Shown here: positions 37,135 through 51,386 of the stretch, one piece after another
Position numbering within the stretch: the stretch's first letter is position 1
Layout: each line of letters begins with the position of its first letter
Assembly (NCBI RefSeq): GCF_018350175.1
Contig: NC_058368.1
Coordinates: 72,480,001-72,544,000, forward strand
Direction of reading: 5' to 3'
DNA length: 64,000 nt
Source: Felis catus
Taxonomy: Eukaryota
Translations under genes and position numbers: made by a program
Notes under the pieces: generated by a model
Database searches by the model: none
Told to the model about the DNA's origin: nothing
What the model saw: only the letters and a program-made list of their open reading frames with translations

Positions 37135-37930
37135 AGCTAGTCATCATGGCAAGCTAATGAGGACAGGACGCCTTTTCAACAAATGATACTAGAACAATGG
37201 AATAAATGTACGAAAAAGAATGAATGGACCCCTGCTATGCAGTGTACATAACCAAATGTAAAACAACAGAGTTTCTAGATAAAAACAGTAGAAAATATTC
37301 TTGTGACCTTGGGTGAAATGGAGATTTTTACAGGAGACACAGGAAGCACAAACCATAAAATAAATGTTGATAAAATGAGCTGCTTCATAATGAAAACAAT
37401 GAATTCTAATTATCAAAAGACACTAGTAATAAAATGGAAAGAAAGTCACACATAAAATATTCTCAATACATATATATATCTGACAATAACTTACTTATAC
37501 TTAAAATATATAAACAACTTTTATTACTCAGTAATAAAAACAAAAAGAACCCAAATACCTAGGAAGAAGACTTGCCTTGACCTCAAAAGAAGACACATGC
37601 TTGGCATAACCATATGGAAAGGTGCTCGGTGACATAACCAGGGAAATATAAATGAAAACCCCAGTGAGTTACTCCTGCACAACCAATAGAATGGATAAAA
37701 TGAAAGATACTAAAACACCAGGTGTTGAAGGTATGAAGCCTGGGACTCTCATACATTGCTGTTGGGAGTATTAAAATAGAACCTGTCCGTTGGAAAAGGG
37801 ATGCTCTATTCTATGACCCAGCAGTGACACTCAGGGGTTATCTCAAGAGAAATGTCTGCAAAAAAATACTAATAGGTACATAAATGATGGTAATGTATAA
37901 AATGAAATGTAACTAAGCAGTAAAGGGGAA
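37135..37930 (+). mobile_element. Old LINE-1 (L1M) ORF2 3' fragment
   Basis: CTTTTCAACAAATGATACTAGAACAA...TGACCTTGGGT...GACTCTCATACATTGCTGTTGGGA...TATGACCCAGCA. Confidence 0.75.
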
Positions 37931-38236
37931 TACACAATACACCCCAAAATATGGATCCTGTGGAAGATGAACACAAGTAATATGCATCCATGTACACAGC
38001 TTTTATTTCATCTCTCCTCATCAAAACTAATTTTGGGAGGAAGAGATATATTTTTTCTTTATCTGAGATTTTCTTAATAGACACTGACAGGTTTTCAAGT
38101 TTGGAGGTAAGAATGCTGCTGTTGGAAAATCATCGATTCACAAGAGGGAAATTCCTGAATCACAAAGTTCAGCCTTTAGTTTAATTTCACCTGGTAGTAT
38201 AGTGTTTTTATCTGATAACTGCTGTTAATGACAAAC

Positions 38237-38583
38237 CAGTGGTTCTCAAATTATACTGTACCTCAGAATCACCTGGAGTTTCAGATTCAGCAGGTCTGAG
38301 GAGGGGCCTGAGAATTTTTTCTTTTTTTAAGTTTATTTATTTATTTTGAGAGAGAGCCTGAATTGGGAAGGGGCGGAGAGACAGGGAGAAAGAGAATCCC
38401 AAGCAGGCTCTGTGCTCTCAGCACAGAGCATGACACGGGGCTCGATCTCACAAACCAAGAGATCATGACCTAGGCAGAAACCAAGAGCCGGTCACAACCA
38501 ACTGAGCCACCCATGTGCCCCAAGAATTTTAATTTCTAGCAAGTTCCCAGATGAGGCTGATACTGCTGGTCTCAGAACTGCTG
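38237..38583. mobile_element. MER5A-like hAT element interrupted by a SINE
   Basis: CAGTGGTTCTCAAA...CAGAATCACCTGGAG...GATTCAGCAGGTCTG...CAAGTTCCCAGATGA...GAACTGCTG. Confidence 0.8.
38315..38521 (-). mobile_element. CanSINE
   Basis: Antisense body; AGAATTTT on both flanks. Confidence 0.88.
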
Positions 38584-38881
38584 GATAACGGGCTCTGGGG
38601 ATAATGGGTGAAGAACTCAGAATCGTTAACTTTCAACTTTGTATTTCAAAAAAGACACAAATACCAGAGTATGGTGGGGGCATCTGCTGAGTCCTGGCCT
38701 TTAAGATGTATCACTGGTCTGACTACTGAGTCAGTTCTTATAAACTGCTTAAGGCACACTCATAATGAATGTACCTGCTTTTGGTCAAAATTTACTTTTT
38801 TCATCTCTACTTGATCTGAGAAGAAGCAATTGTGAAATGTTATTAAGCCATGCCATTGATTTATTGAAGGGGGTGGGATGG

Positions 38882-39297
38882 TGTGGTAGATTTCATTACT
38901 GTATCCAATTCTTCCTTCCATGCTTGCTGCTGTGTGACTTACACATTGCTGGATGAGGGGGAGGTACCTGGGAAAGGAAATGTTCTCACCTGACAAGCTT
39001 AGTCATGTGAGTTGTCTTGGCCAACGAAAAGCGAGTGGAATGTCCAGTTCTGAGTATGTTTGAGAATCCTCCTGTGATCTTTCAACTGTCCCCTCACACC
39101 TGCCAAACGAATGGCATATCATCACAGATAGTGTCTGCTCCTTTGGCCAGAGTGAGAAAAATACACGCAGGAGAGTTGCAGCCAACATGGAACCTGAGCA
39201 AGAAATAGATATGAGCAAGAGATAAATATCTGTTAGTGTATGTAAGTGAGATTTGGGAGCTATTATTATAGCAAAATCTAGAGAAAATTGTTGAACA
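38882..39297 (+). mobile_element. MaLR solo LTR (MLT1H/I-like)
   Basis: TGTGGTAGA start, CATGTGAGTTGTCTTGGCCAA, TGAGCAAGAAATA, TGAGATTTGGGAG near the end. Confidence 0.7.
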
Positions 39298-39623
39298 CTC
39301 CATACCTCATACTTGACGTCAGGTGTTGTCATCAAGTATGTTATTTTAGTTTTAGTTACCACAATAATCCTATTAGTTAGATGTTCTTCCTCAAATTGTA
39401 GGGAAGAAATTAAAGTTTACAGAGACTATACTAATTCTGGTAAGAGATTTCTTTCAATTATACCATGGTGTGGTAATGCCTAAAATGGTGAAACAGAAGT
39501 AAATAAGATGATGTACAAAGACAGTAAAGTTTAGAGAGTATTAAGAAATATTATTTAACCTTTCTCATCCCAATATCTTAGTCAATGGGCAGCATTAACG
39601 CAGCTACAGAAAATAACAGAACT

Positions 39624-39842
39624 GGGGCGCCTGCGTGGCTCAGTTGGTTAAGCGTCCGACTTCGGCTCAGGTCATGATCTCGCGGTCCGTGAGTTCGAGC
39701 CCCGCGTCGGGCTCTGTGCTGACAGCTCAGAGCCTGGAGCCTGTTTTGGATTCTGTGTCGCCCTCTCTCTGACCCTCCCCTGTTCATGCTCTGTCTCTCC
39801 CTGTCTCAAAAATAAATAAAACGTTAAAGAAATTTTTAAAAA
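39624..39842 (+). mobile_element. Young CanSINE (SINEC_Fc-type)
   Basis: TSD AGAAAATAACAGAAC at 39608-39622 and 39843-39857. Confidence 0.95.
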
Positions 39843-40351
39843 AGAAAATAACAGAACCTCATCCATTGGAATTGGTTTTTCCATTTAAAGTTGTTGAAAT
39901 ATGTTTTTAACCCCTCAAATCGAAACCTCCAGTTAAAAACATTCACTCTTCAAAACTCTGACTATAATTTAATTGTTTTTTGGGGGGAAAGTAGAGCAGT
40001 TAAGATTTTGATGTTTGAAAATGGAAGGTAGACCCCAAAAAGGTGAATGAATGGAGAGACATTAGCCTATTAAAGACACATTTATTTGAATAAATAAACG
40101 TAACTTGATAGACCATTGAAAGATTGATTGTTAGTGAGGTAATAAATGAGAAATGAAAAGGAGAGATGATAAAGACCCTGGAGAAATCCGAGTTTGTGCT
40201 TAGTAGGTCTGTGTAAACAAAGAGTGTAAGCTTAAAGATATACAAGGCAATGTATTTACCCCTAAGATGGGAAGGACTGCGATAAAGATGTTTTATGAGG
40301 AAAGATTAAAGAATTGACTGGATAGTCATATGGGACTAGCTTTCTCAAATG

Positions 40352-40745
40352 TTTCATTTATTCATTCTTTAAATAGTGTTTATGGTGCACCTGCTTTTTA
40401 CCAAATGTGCTAGGTGTGGATTGTACACAGTAAACAGGAAATAAACCTGCTCTCACAGATCTCTTACATTCCAGTAAGGGAAACAAAGAAACAGAAGGAC
40501 TAATCTTTTGGAAATCATAAATTCAGTGGGGAAAATGATAAAGGAAGAGAAGACTGAGTGTGAATATTTGCAGGAGGAAGAGAAGCAGTTGGGGCGAGGA
40601 GAAAAGGACTTTGATGAGAACCTGATGCTTGAAGTTCCGCTAGACAAAGGTCTAGGGGAAGAGTGATCCTGGGCGGTACCAGAAGGGACATGCCTAAAGG
40701 CAGCAACCAGGTCCTCAGTTTCTATAGCACGAAGGCCAATGTTTT
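40352..40745 (-). mobile_element. L2 3' fragment
   Basis: TTCATTC...GCACCTGCT...GTGCTAGGTG...CCTGCTCTCACAGATCTCTTACATTCCAGT. Confidence 0.7.
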
Positions 40746-40821
40746 CTACATTGAAAAGCATATATAGATGTAGTATCTATATATATAGATATAGAATCTC
40801 TATATAGATATAGATTGTTTT

Positions 40822-41038
40822 TTTTTAATTTTTTAACGTTTTTATTTTATTTTTGAGACAGAGAGAGACAGAGCACGAACGGGGGCGGGTCAGAGAGAGG
40901 AAGACACAGAATCTGAAACAGGCTCCAGGCTCTGAGCTGTCAGCACACAGCCCGACACGGGGCTCGAACTCGCAGACCGCGAAATCATGACCCGAGCCGG
41001 AGTCGGCCGCCCAACCGACTGAGCCACCCAGGCGCCCC
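40822..41038 (-). mobile_element. Young CanSINE
   Basis: TSD ATAGATTGTTTT at 40810-40821 and 41039-41050. Confidence 0.95.
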
Positions 41039-43893
41039 ATAGATTGTTTTGAATACAAGGATGTGTGTGTGTATCTGTTGTTGGGCTCCTTTAAAATAAC
41101 TAGTTTTATAAGCAAGTATGCTCAATTTCTATTTTAATTTCCTTTTTTTCTTTTTCTTTTTTAGCTTCATGGGCATGTCTTCACTCTTACAGCTATATTG
41201 GGAACATGTTAAATTGTATATTATATAGTCAAAAAGAAAATGAGAATGTACAATTATCTGGGAAGTTTCATATCACTCATATAAACTTTTGAAAAATAAT
41301 TTTAGTTGCCTAAATTATCTGTGCTGCCTCTGCAAATAAGAGTTTCTCAAGGTTTTATGGCACAAAATATTCTATGGAGCAAAAGATTTAGTCACTGGGC
41401 TATTTCTACCCCTGATCCCCTTAAAAAAAAAACAAACTTCCCCCAAAAAACAAAACAAAAAACCTCCCTCAAACCAGAGAAAATAAAACACATGTTAAGT
41501 ATCTATATAAATAAACCAATAAAAGAACCAAAATTAATGTCTGTTTCAATAGACTGAATATGAATATTGTCTCTTTGAAATAAAGTCCAATTTAGTCCTA
41601 AGCAAATTATATTAGTCACAACAATATTATTCCATGTCATATAGTTGTATGCAGAAAAAAACATCTGTCTCAAAGCTTATTAAAGGAAGTGTAATTGTGT
41701 TATATGTTTAAAGGGTTAGAAATACATAAAACCTGGCCCCATTTCAATTAGTGCCATTGTATAAATACTTTGCTAGTGCTAGTGGTATGGACAGAAGATG
41801 CATTCCTTAATCGAAATGCACTCAGGTAGAGAAAATTAAATGTGCAGCCCTTTGTGTATTTTGATTAGCTCCAATAACTAATGTAAACCTGAACTATATA
41901 GAATATAGTGATTGCATATGAATGAAGATGAGCATATTAAGCTTTTCCAAATACTTTAAATAGTCCCTGTGTTAATTTTCCATTTTGATATGAGGATATG
42001 AACTGAAGACGATCCAGACTATAAAATGCTTCACTATTTTTATTTATCATAGCTTAATTTTGGCATAATTCAGTCAGTATCAAAAAAAATGAGGAAATAA
42101 TTATTGTTGATCTAACCGCCAACACCAAAAAGAAAAAAACATGAAGATATTCAGTGACATATTTTCCAAAGAACTATTAGAAAATATAGACTATATAGAA
42201 CTCTAAAAATTTATTTACTCAATGATGAGATTGAACATTTTTTTCCAATGGTTAAGAGAGTGCATTTTTGATGCTTTTCCTTCCATTTTATTCTTTTCTG
42301 TAATACATTTAAAACTTTCAAACTGTGTTTCCTTTTCAGTTTGCCCCCAGTGTTAGCCAAGAGATTCTCAATAGCAATTCAAAACAGAAGAACATTTAAA
42401 TCTAGACATAGTTTGGGCATCAGAACCTTTTGCAGATGCTTTTTGGGAAGAAAGGCTATTTTCTAATTAGCCAGTGGCAAGTTCACCTGCTCTTCTATCA
42501 TCTGACATATATCTGTTTAGTGGGAAAGTTATCTTGGGTTTATTATCATCTGATCTTATGACTCATTTTCAGGCTGAATGCGTCAGAAACTTGTGTGACC
42601 TGTTGTTTAATGAAGGACTAACCAGAGAAACCATAGTACCCTCCATAAATAGATTTTCTATATTTGATTAGAAGCCTCTTCAAACATTTATAGAGCACAG
42701 GCTTGTAAATATATTACTTATATCTCCTCAGTATTTTTTATAACAAGAAACTCTTTAAAAATTAATTGGAACCTTTTCATTGACTTTCTTTGGAGACACT
42801 GAGTTCTAATCCTAGATTAGCAGAGTATTTTTAAGTGCATTGAGCTACTTAAAAATAACTTCAGCTTGTGCTCTGCAGAGGTGGGAAGGAGAGGCTATAG
42901 CAGATCATTATTCCTCCCTTTCAGTGTGTAATAAATGGTCATGATGGTTTTTAATACCTCAGAGTGCTCTAGGACTTCAGAAGGTACTGGAAATATCATG
43001 CCATAGTATTTCTTTGGATGCCAAAGGTTCAGTCTACTGCTTTGCTAAATTTTGTCCTAGCTCATTACATCAAATATGTTTTATGAGGGAATTTAATTGG
43101 AGTAATTTTATATGTGATGTGATTAAATAATCATATCCAACTTAATTCTGAAATTAACTCCTTACTGAGGCTAAGGTTTGAATCTGCTAAATTTAGACAA
43201 TTCCATGGGCACTAATGAGAAGATTTCCTTTTCACAGTCATAAAGAGTTTTTTTTCTATTGATTACCAAAAATAACAACACGAGAAAACGCACCAGAAGT
43301 GGTTCACAGCAGCCTTTACTAAACCTGGCTTCTCAGTACACGCTGGCATTATCAGTGACTTACCGATGATGTTTTCAAGTAAAATCAATTTAGACCTTCA
43401 ATTCAATATGTATTGTATGCATACATAAATATATGTATATATGTATATATATGTGTGGGGGCATACATTTGGCTTTGAAGTCAACTCAATGATGGGGGAA
43501 GCAAAGTCAAAATGACTGGGGCAGTTTTAAGACCATCAATTATTGTTATAGGGGCTGCATCACGCAAACAGAAATACTCCCAGTAGTATATGCCAAGTAC
43601 TTCTCTTATCCTTAATTTACATGGAAATCCCATATCTAAGTATGCAGAAATACATTTCCTAGGAACTGGTAGTATACTTTCCCATTGTCCAACACCACTA
43701 GCACTTAAATTAATCTGATACCATTTAGCAGTTCGTGGCTGAGCTGAGTTGATTTTGTTCAGTAAAGCTTAGTTCCATAACAACAACAAATCTTCGATTA
43801 CTTGTCCCATTTAATTATTATTGAATGAAAACTTATTTAAATTGCTATTTAAATAATTTATTTAAACAAATCCCATTAAAAGGAATATTTCTT

Positions 43894-44100
43894 GGGTGCC
43901 TGGGTGGCTCAGTTGGTTAAGTGTCCGACTCTTGATTGCGGCCCCAGTCATTATCTCACAGTTTGTGAGATCGAGCCCTGCATCAGGCTCTGCTGATAAT
44001 GTGGAGCCTGCTTGGGATGCACGTGCCCGCTCTCTCTCTCTCTGCCGCTCCCCTGCTCTCTCTCTTTCAAAATAAATATTTATAAATAAATAAATAAATA
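43894..44100 (+). mobile_element. CanSINE (older)
   Basis: GGGTGCCTGGGTGGCTCAGTTGGTTAAG head and (TAAA)n tail. Confidence 0.9.
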
Positions 44101-46174
44101 GGATATTCCCAGTATAACAAAATATATTACCAAATACTAATGTAGATTTAGAAGAAAGGAAAGATCTATAATGAAACAATATATCAGAAAAGGTTTTCAC
44201 CTGTCTTGTACACAATTTCAGGGTGTTTTGAGAGGTTCTGATGAAAGTGTATTGCTCATCTTTGGAAGCTCAACTCCCTCTCTTCAAAGAAAGTCAGTGG
44301 CATTATTTTATAGGTTATTTGATAGTAATGAAATGTAATTTAAAGCCACATAAAAGCAAAAGCATAATATTTGCAATTACTCCATAGTGTGTACATTACA
44401 GCTGCTGCTGCCCTTAAAGGAAAGCATTTGAATTACAAAGGGAAGAGAACACTGTGTTACATCTTAGTGTGATGTGAGGATTCAGTGAACTAGCACACAG
44501 CTTGCGTGCATTTAGTTTTCAATATCTGCAATTGCAAAATAATATTTTCTCTAAAAAGTCCACCATGGTTTGGAATAATTATCATGAAATGCAAAATGAG
44601 CCAAACTGAAAATCTTTCACAATAATTTCTCTTGGAGTAAAAAAGTAATTTTGTTTTTTAATAATGAACAGTCCTCGTATGGTGTGTTTTACTTAATTGT
44701 TTGCACACATTAACAGTTTTTGAAGCATTACGAAGACTAACCGACTAGGAAAAGAGAGAAGGGAAGTGAACACAGTACTATATGCAAGTAGATGATTCGG
44801 TTCACAGCGTATGGCTCTCACTCTGAGGGTCCAGCCTGTGTCCCATCTGGGAGACCCACCACTGGGAGCCCACATCTCAAGATCAAGCCCTCCTTCCCTA
44901 AGTCAATACCTAAAATAGCTGTTCACACTTGGAAGATAGTCTTCTAAGTATCTGTTACACCTGATCCTGAAATGAAAAAAAGAAACTTTTTTTTAAGTTC
45001 AGACATCTCATAAATTTTTATACCATGTTTTCCACTGATGGCCAGTGTCCCCCTAAGACAAAATTTTCTTTTGTTCTGCGATTCATGGGGTAAAATTGCT
45101 TGAACAAGTGCTAATTTGAAGGTACTGATTAATGTTTCACAAGAAGCAAAAATGCACGTATTTCATTGTCACTGGGAGTTGGATGAGTCATCTTCACATT
45201 ATTTAATATGAAATATGATCAAGTCAGTTACTTCAACTACAGCCTACAGACGTTCCTGAAATTTCTATCCTATGTTTTAACAGGAATTAAATCTTTACTT
45301 TTAATATTTATTCTAAAACAAAATTTTACTACATTGAAGACATGCAAGATTTCAATTTGGATTTTTAGGTATGAGGAGGGTTTTTTCTCCCTGGATTTTT
45401 AAGTTCTATATAGTATATCTTAGAATATTCGTCTGCATTTCATGCACAGTCTTTGTGCATTTCTGATTATGAGACATCGTTTTGTTGGATTCTTTCAGTC
45501 TTTTACAGCATTTTGTTTTTGTTTTTGTGTTTGAAATATGTTGTGGTTGCCTCTCCTCTAAAATGCATTAATGCAATTTCACTTAAACTTCAGATCATCC
45601 AATTATCAGAATAGCACTATGTAGACAACACATGAAGAAATGAGTCATTCACCCATTTCCCGTCTTTTGTTTCCTTTCCTGATTGAGGGGCTCAATAAAT
45701 TGCTTCGGCTCATAATGACTATGAAAGTTACATACTATTTTTATCCATTCAGCTGGATTTTAAATGCAGCATTTGGACCCATCATTCTGTCATGGGCAGA
45801 AGCTCTAGAAATTCTTGACAGCTTATAATCTTCCTTGTTCATATTCACAAGTGAAAATGATTATACTTAAAAGCAGGAACTTTACACACTAATTTCTGAA
45901 TCAACTTTCAGAAAAGCAACCGCCCTATAAAGATCAGTGCTCTCTACTGCTTTGGGGAAAGTTCTTAATCGTGGAGAACAAAGCATTCAGGATTTAGGAA
46001 TTAAGTTTATTACTTGTTTGTTATAATTTAAAGAACAAAATATAAGAAATCTAATTATCTCTGATAACGCTTGCTTAACTTATGTGTAAATGTTCTAAGA
46101 TTAAAGCTGAGTCAAACATTTGGGAGTCTATTTGGTAGCAGACATTATTTCCACATTTGGAGAAGAATAAAAAA

Positions 46175-46231
46175 TGCCAGCCCACTCAACCTAACTTGCA
46201 CCAGGCCCTCTCACTGTTTATTCTCTACCCT

Positions 46232-46269
<38 letters not shown>

Positions 46270-46563
46270 TTTTTTTAATGTTTATTTATTTTAGAGAGAG
46301 ACAGACAGAACATGACCAGGGGAGGGGCAGAGAAAGAGGGAGACACAGAATCCTAAGCAGGCTCCAGGCTCTGAGCTGTCAGCACAGAGCCCAACATGGG
46401 GCTTGAACCCACGAACCTTGAGATCATGACCTGAAGTAGGACACTTAACTCACTGAGCCACCCACGTTCCCCGCTGTCTTGAAATTCTTATACTTTTTCA
46501 AGTATTTCATTGGGCTTCATATTTCCATTTTGCACCAGGGCCTGCAAATTATGCAGTCTGTCC
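46175..46563 (-). mobile_element. MER53-like hAT element interrupted by (GT)n and a SINE
   Basis: GCTGTCTTGAAATTCTTA...CATTTTGCACCAGGGCCTGCAAATTATGCAG matches the reverse of recalled MER53. Confidence 0.65.
46268..46472 (-). mobile_element. CanSINE preceded by (GT)~17 (46233-46266)
   Basis: Antisense body. Confidence 0.9.
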
Positions 46564-47954
46564 TTTGGCAGCATGTTTTAAAGATTAATTTTAATGAATT
46601 TTACTAATATTATATTACAAAGTATTTAGAATAATATTTCATTAACAATGAATTCTCTTTTCACTTATTTCCCTCTTCATTTCCTAAAATGTATAGATTT
46701 GTGTATTTCTATAGAATATTCAATAATTCAATGACCAATAGTTGTGTAAAATAATAATCATGGACTATATATAATACTTTCCTCAATGATTTGGAAAGCT
46801 TTCAATGTGGGAAGACGGCAGTCTCCTACAATTCAGTTAGGCACTTAGAGTTTTGCAAAGGGCTGATTATTTCCTATTGTTTATTATTGAAGGAATTGCA
46901 GAGAAACAGTATTCAAATTTCCTTTCTTAGGATGATGGCTAGTTTTAACCTTTCTCATTGAACCATTTCTTTCTGTTTTCTATTTCTGTATTCATATCCT
47001 GTATTAAACAAAGTTATATAATTATATATTATATATTTAAAAATGCATATAAAATAAATGGCTGATATAATATGATACTACAAAAACAACCATTAATCCC
47101 CAAGTGTCTCTTTTTCATGTTAAAATAACATAAAATGGAAATAAATATAAATAATATAGATTAAATTAAGCAAACCTAGACAAAGTCTTAAAAGAGCATA
47201 ATTACAAAATAAGTGATAAGTATAAAGAAATAAAACCAAAACTTTCAACTCTATACTAGTGTGTAATGAATAAAATAAAACAAACAAATATAATAAAAAT
47301 AAATCCAAACTAAGGAATATGAAGTGTCAATAACATAAGTAAGTAATTTGAAATCTGTTAAAATCCCGGAGAGCTTTGCTCTTGTAGTGTAGTGAACAAC
47401 AGCTTCTGTCGGAGCCGAGCAAATTCCAAGGCTTCATACAGTCTGTTCAGGACATCTGAGCCCAGGGCTTCAGTTGTCTTGTGGACTTTGGACTTGATCG
47501 GCTGCTCCTGCCTTCAGAGTCTGGCCAATGGTTCCTAAGAGCCGCACTCTTCCCTGTGTGTGGCTCAGGGTGTGGGATGTTAGTGGCCCTTGCGTTCTCC
47601 CTCAGGAATCAGTGAAAAGTATGGCAGTGAAGGGGTGTAATTTCTTGGTAAGCACCAACTTTTTTTGTCTCCTCTTCCTGAGGTTGTAACCCAGAGATCA
47701 TCCAGATAGGCCCATGCAATGTAAGCTTGATTTCAAAATTGGGATCATCATCTAGAGTTCCGGGAACTCTCGAAAAAGCAGATCTGGCACAGTTGGCTCA
47801 GATCCCTGACTGGCCACATCACTTCAGCCAAGAATGGCTGTATGGAAGGTTACGTGCCTTCCCCTCTGGCCCTGATCGTCCATGCTGCTTCCTCACCTGA
47901 ACCTTGATGGCAGCTGCCCTTTGTCTTCATACTTGCTTACAGTTGAGAGGATGA

Positions 47955-48094
47955 GGAGCTCCCGGGCGGCTCAGTCGGCTAAGCGTCTGACTTCAGTTCA
48001 GGTCACGGTCTCACATGTCGGTGAGTTCAAGCCCCACATCGGGCTCTCTGCTCTCAGAATAAAACACACACACATTTAATAAGTTAAAAAAAAA
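47955..48094 (+). mobile_element. Short CanSINE lacking the 3' CT-rich region
   Basis: tRNA-like head to GGGCTCTCTGCT, then directly AATAAAA(CA)n and an A-tail. Confidence 0.8.
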
Positions 48095-48987
48095 GAGTAA
48101 AATATTTACTGTGCACATTCACTTAATTCATAGGCTTGGTCATTGTAGATATCTGAGTTTGTCCTTTCCCCACCACAGTGCAAAATAGTGGAATTTTATG
48201 TGTAAACTAGAGGGAGATGGTTAGGTTTAATTCTATTCATTTTGTAGCATTTGGAGGCTGAGTGATGTTCATGGAGAGAACAAGGAGATTAAATAATAGA
48301 ACTAGTGTCTAATAATTACTACAGACAATAGCAATAGCAAACACTTGTGATATATATAGATACTGATGTAGCTTTAAAGTATTAAGTAAAATATTCTCAG
48401 ATTTCTAACTACCCTATACTATAATGAGATTACATCTGAAAAATAAAATTTACCAGCTTGCACTGAAAAGACCATTTTAACCTCAAATCTGACATACAAA
48501 AATTCAAATTTGTCTTTTAGGGATTCAGCAGTCACTTAGAAATCAGTCATGTTTGTATGTAAATCGGTCATAGTGGGGAAATACAACCTTATAGTTTATG
48601 AAGGACTCAGTTACTATTATATCTTCTGGATATCTTCCTGATTATAACACCAATTTATTTTCCATGTTTTTTCCCCATTCCTGAAATAACCGTGCCTCAG
48701 ATTTTCTGTTTAATAAAAATCCAGTAACAATTTTCAGATGAGTAGTCAGTATTTACTCATTTATGTAAATAAGCAATTGACAATAAAGGAACAAATTAGA
48801 TGAAATAAAGTACCTGATGAAAATATTAGACAGCACAAGTAAGAAGGATTTCTGAATTATGTGATACCTTAAGCACTAGATTCTAGGAGAGAATATTTGA
48901 ATATTAAATAGAACAAAAAACATAATCAAGATGGAGAGGATGCAGAGAAAAACAGAGATGAGGTTGTTAAGTGAGTATTTGGAAAAT

Positions 48988-49725
48988 TGCATCGGTCAGG
49001 AATAACGTTTGGCTGTGATTAACGATGTCCTTCTTCCCAATCAAGTGGTAGTTTAACCAGATGTGGGAAAGGTCTCATTTTAAAGAAGTCTGGGAACACC
49101 TGGATGGCTCAGTTGGTTAAGTGTCCGTCTTCGGCTCAGGTCACGATCTTGCTGTTCGTGAGCTGGAGCCCCATGTTGGGCTCTGTGCTGACAGCTCAGA
49201 GCCTGCAGCCTGCTTTGAATTCTGTGTCTCCCTATGTTTCTGCCCCTCCCCCACCTGTGTTCTGTTTCTCTCTCTCAAAAATATAAAAATATTAAAAAAT
49301 AAATTAAAAAAATGAAGGAGTCCGAAGGTAGGCAGTTTGGGATAGTATGACAACTCTACAATGTCATCAGAGGCCCCAGGCTTGCTTTGGGTCTGAGATT
49401 CTTAGGGTAGGACCACCCTTGCCCTCGTGCTCTTAGGGTGTCTATTGAAACTCCGGAAATCATGTCTGTGTCTCAGGATGGAGTCTAAATGCCAAGGGAA
49501 ACAAAGTTGCTTGCCAGCTTAACTTCTTTAAAGGAGCTGTCTCAAGAGCCTACCCAGCTTGTTTTGCTTGTGTATCATTCTGTTATATCTCATTGGCTTG
49601 TATCTCTTTAGAAAGGATGTTAGCCTTGCCTAACCACGGGTGAGCCTTGGAATAGAGCTTTTTATTTAGACATCTTGCAAACATGAATAAAATAGGAGTT
49701 TTGTCAATAAGAAATGTTTAGGGCA
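48988..49725 (-). mobile_element. MaLR LTR (MLT1J/L-like) interrupted by a SINE
   Basis: GGTCAGGAATAACGTTTGGCTG...AAGAAGTC|GAAGGTAGGCAGT...CAATGTCATCAG...TCTCATTGGC. Confidence 0.55.
49092..49312 (+). mobile_element. CanSINE
   Basis: Full body and A-tail. Confidence 0.9.
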
Positions 49726-51196
49726 TCATGTCACATTTCTCTCAGGGTGATTATATAGTACCTTGATGCATAGGTCGAGTCTGCAGGCTCTTTGCAAGAA
49801 CTTTATCCGGTTTGAGCCTGGTGGGAGCCGTGGGAATGACTCAGAACATTGAGACACAGGCCCTTTAAAGAGAAAGCTCAAGAATGGGCTGTAGCATGGC
49901 CACCACATGATACAGACCCTGGGACTGCCTCACACAAGAGGGACACGTGATCTTTTCTGACACTTGTATAAGGATGTTGAATTTTGAAAAGTGAGTTTTG
50001 CTAGTAGATCTTTCATTTTTCATATTTTGTTTGCTGGAAGAGTTTCATTTTTTTTTTGAAATTTACATGGGAGAAAAGTTTATTATGTAGCTTTTGATGG
50101 TAAGGTTTTCTCTTTTCCTCCGACTGAACCTCTCTTCCACCTGACTCCAGGGGCAGAATCTCATTTTGCTGTAGGAGCAACATAATGCTGTTCTCTCCTA
50201 ATAAAAGCAGGTAATCATGATTAATGCCTGTGAGTGTGTGCTCAGTGGGAAGAACAGAACTGCTGGATACTGTCCTCAGCTGTCCATTAGATTGATGTGT
50301 TTCCATTGGCTTTAACCCTCCACTTCCTTACGTCCACAGCAGTGTGAACTTTAAACACTGTATTGACAATAACTTGCCTTTTGTTGGAAGGCACCAAGTA
50401 ACATGTATTCTACCACTCCACTGAGTTTTTCGATGAACAAAACACTCTTAGGGTAATTGGTATAATTACTTTCCTGGTGGGAGTTGAGTAGAAAAAAAAT
50501 GTTATTCTTAATATGAAAAAAAACCTAAATTTTGTGTGAAAAATACAAATTACATGAAAAAGTGTGGTCAAAGAGCTTAAACAACTTACCTAAAGGAAAA
50601 CATAAACTTAATTAAAAGTGTATGAGTCAAAGTTCTTTTGAATTGGTAATTTGAACATTTGACATGTAAATTAGGAGTGTTTTTTCATGATATCCAGTGT
50701 TCCTAAGGCTTCCCTATGAGAACATGCCTTGGCTTAAAGGCTCTTAGGGTAATTTGCCAATGTGCATTAAAGAGCCTTAAAAATCTATACCTAGTTTTAT
50801 TCAAAGTATTTACCTTTGACCCTAGTTTTATTTCAAAGTATTTACCTACGCAAATACCCCCAAATGCAAAGATGCATATATGTGAAAATACTCTTTAGAG
50901 TTTTATTTCAATGGTGGAAAAAAGAAAACCTAAATATCGAATAATAGAATTAAATGGTCAAATGCAGTAGAATTCAGAGCCACAGTAAAAAATTAGTTTT
51001 CAAAGAATACTTGAAAGACATGAACAATGGTCATGGTATAAATAAAATAAGCAAGATTTAAAATACATTCTTAAGTTTTATAATATATATTAAATATAAT
51101 CTGTTTAAAAGAATAGAAACAAATAAAAGAATAGAAACAAATAGACCAAAAATTTCAAAGGGATCCATTCTGAGTGGTAGACTTACAAGTTATTAT

Positions 51197-51205
51197 TTTT
51201 GGTGG

Positions 51206-51249
<44 letters not shown>

Positions 51250-51386
51250 AAGAAAGAAAGAATATTAAGCAAGTTCTGTGTTTAGTGCACAGTCTGATTT
51301 GGGGCTCTATCTCACGACCCTGGGATCATGACCTGAGCCAAAATCAAGAGACAGATGCTTAACAGACTGAGCCACGCAGGCACCCC
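51197..51386 (-). mobile_element. CanSINE with (GA)n/(GAAA)n, within old L1M sequence
   Basis: Ends CAGGCACCCC; AGTTATTA on both flanks. Confidence 0.85.

Noticed and set aside
40760..40812. TA/GA palindromic tract next to a SINE
   Set aside because: Self-complementarity is intrinsic to (TA)n-type low-complexity sequence.
41130..41170. Strong 3' splice site (T-rich tract plus TAG) as an unannotated exon
   Set aside because: No convincing downstream donor or ITGBL1-like coding frame.
47000..47345. Extremely AT-rich stretch as a matrix attachment region or origin
   Set aside because: Composition alone is not evidence; it may be decayed L1-derived low-complexity DNA.
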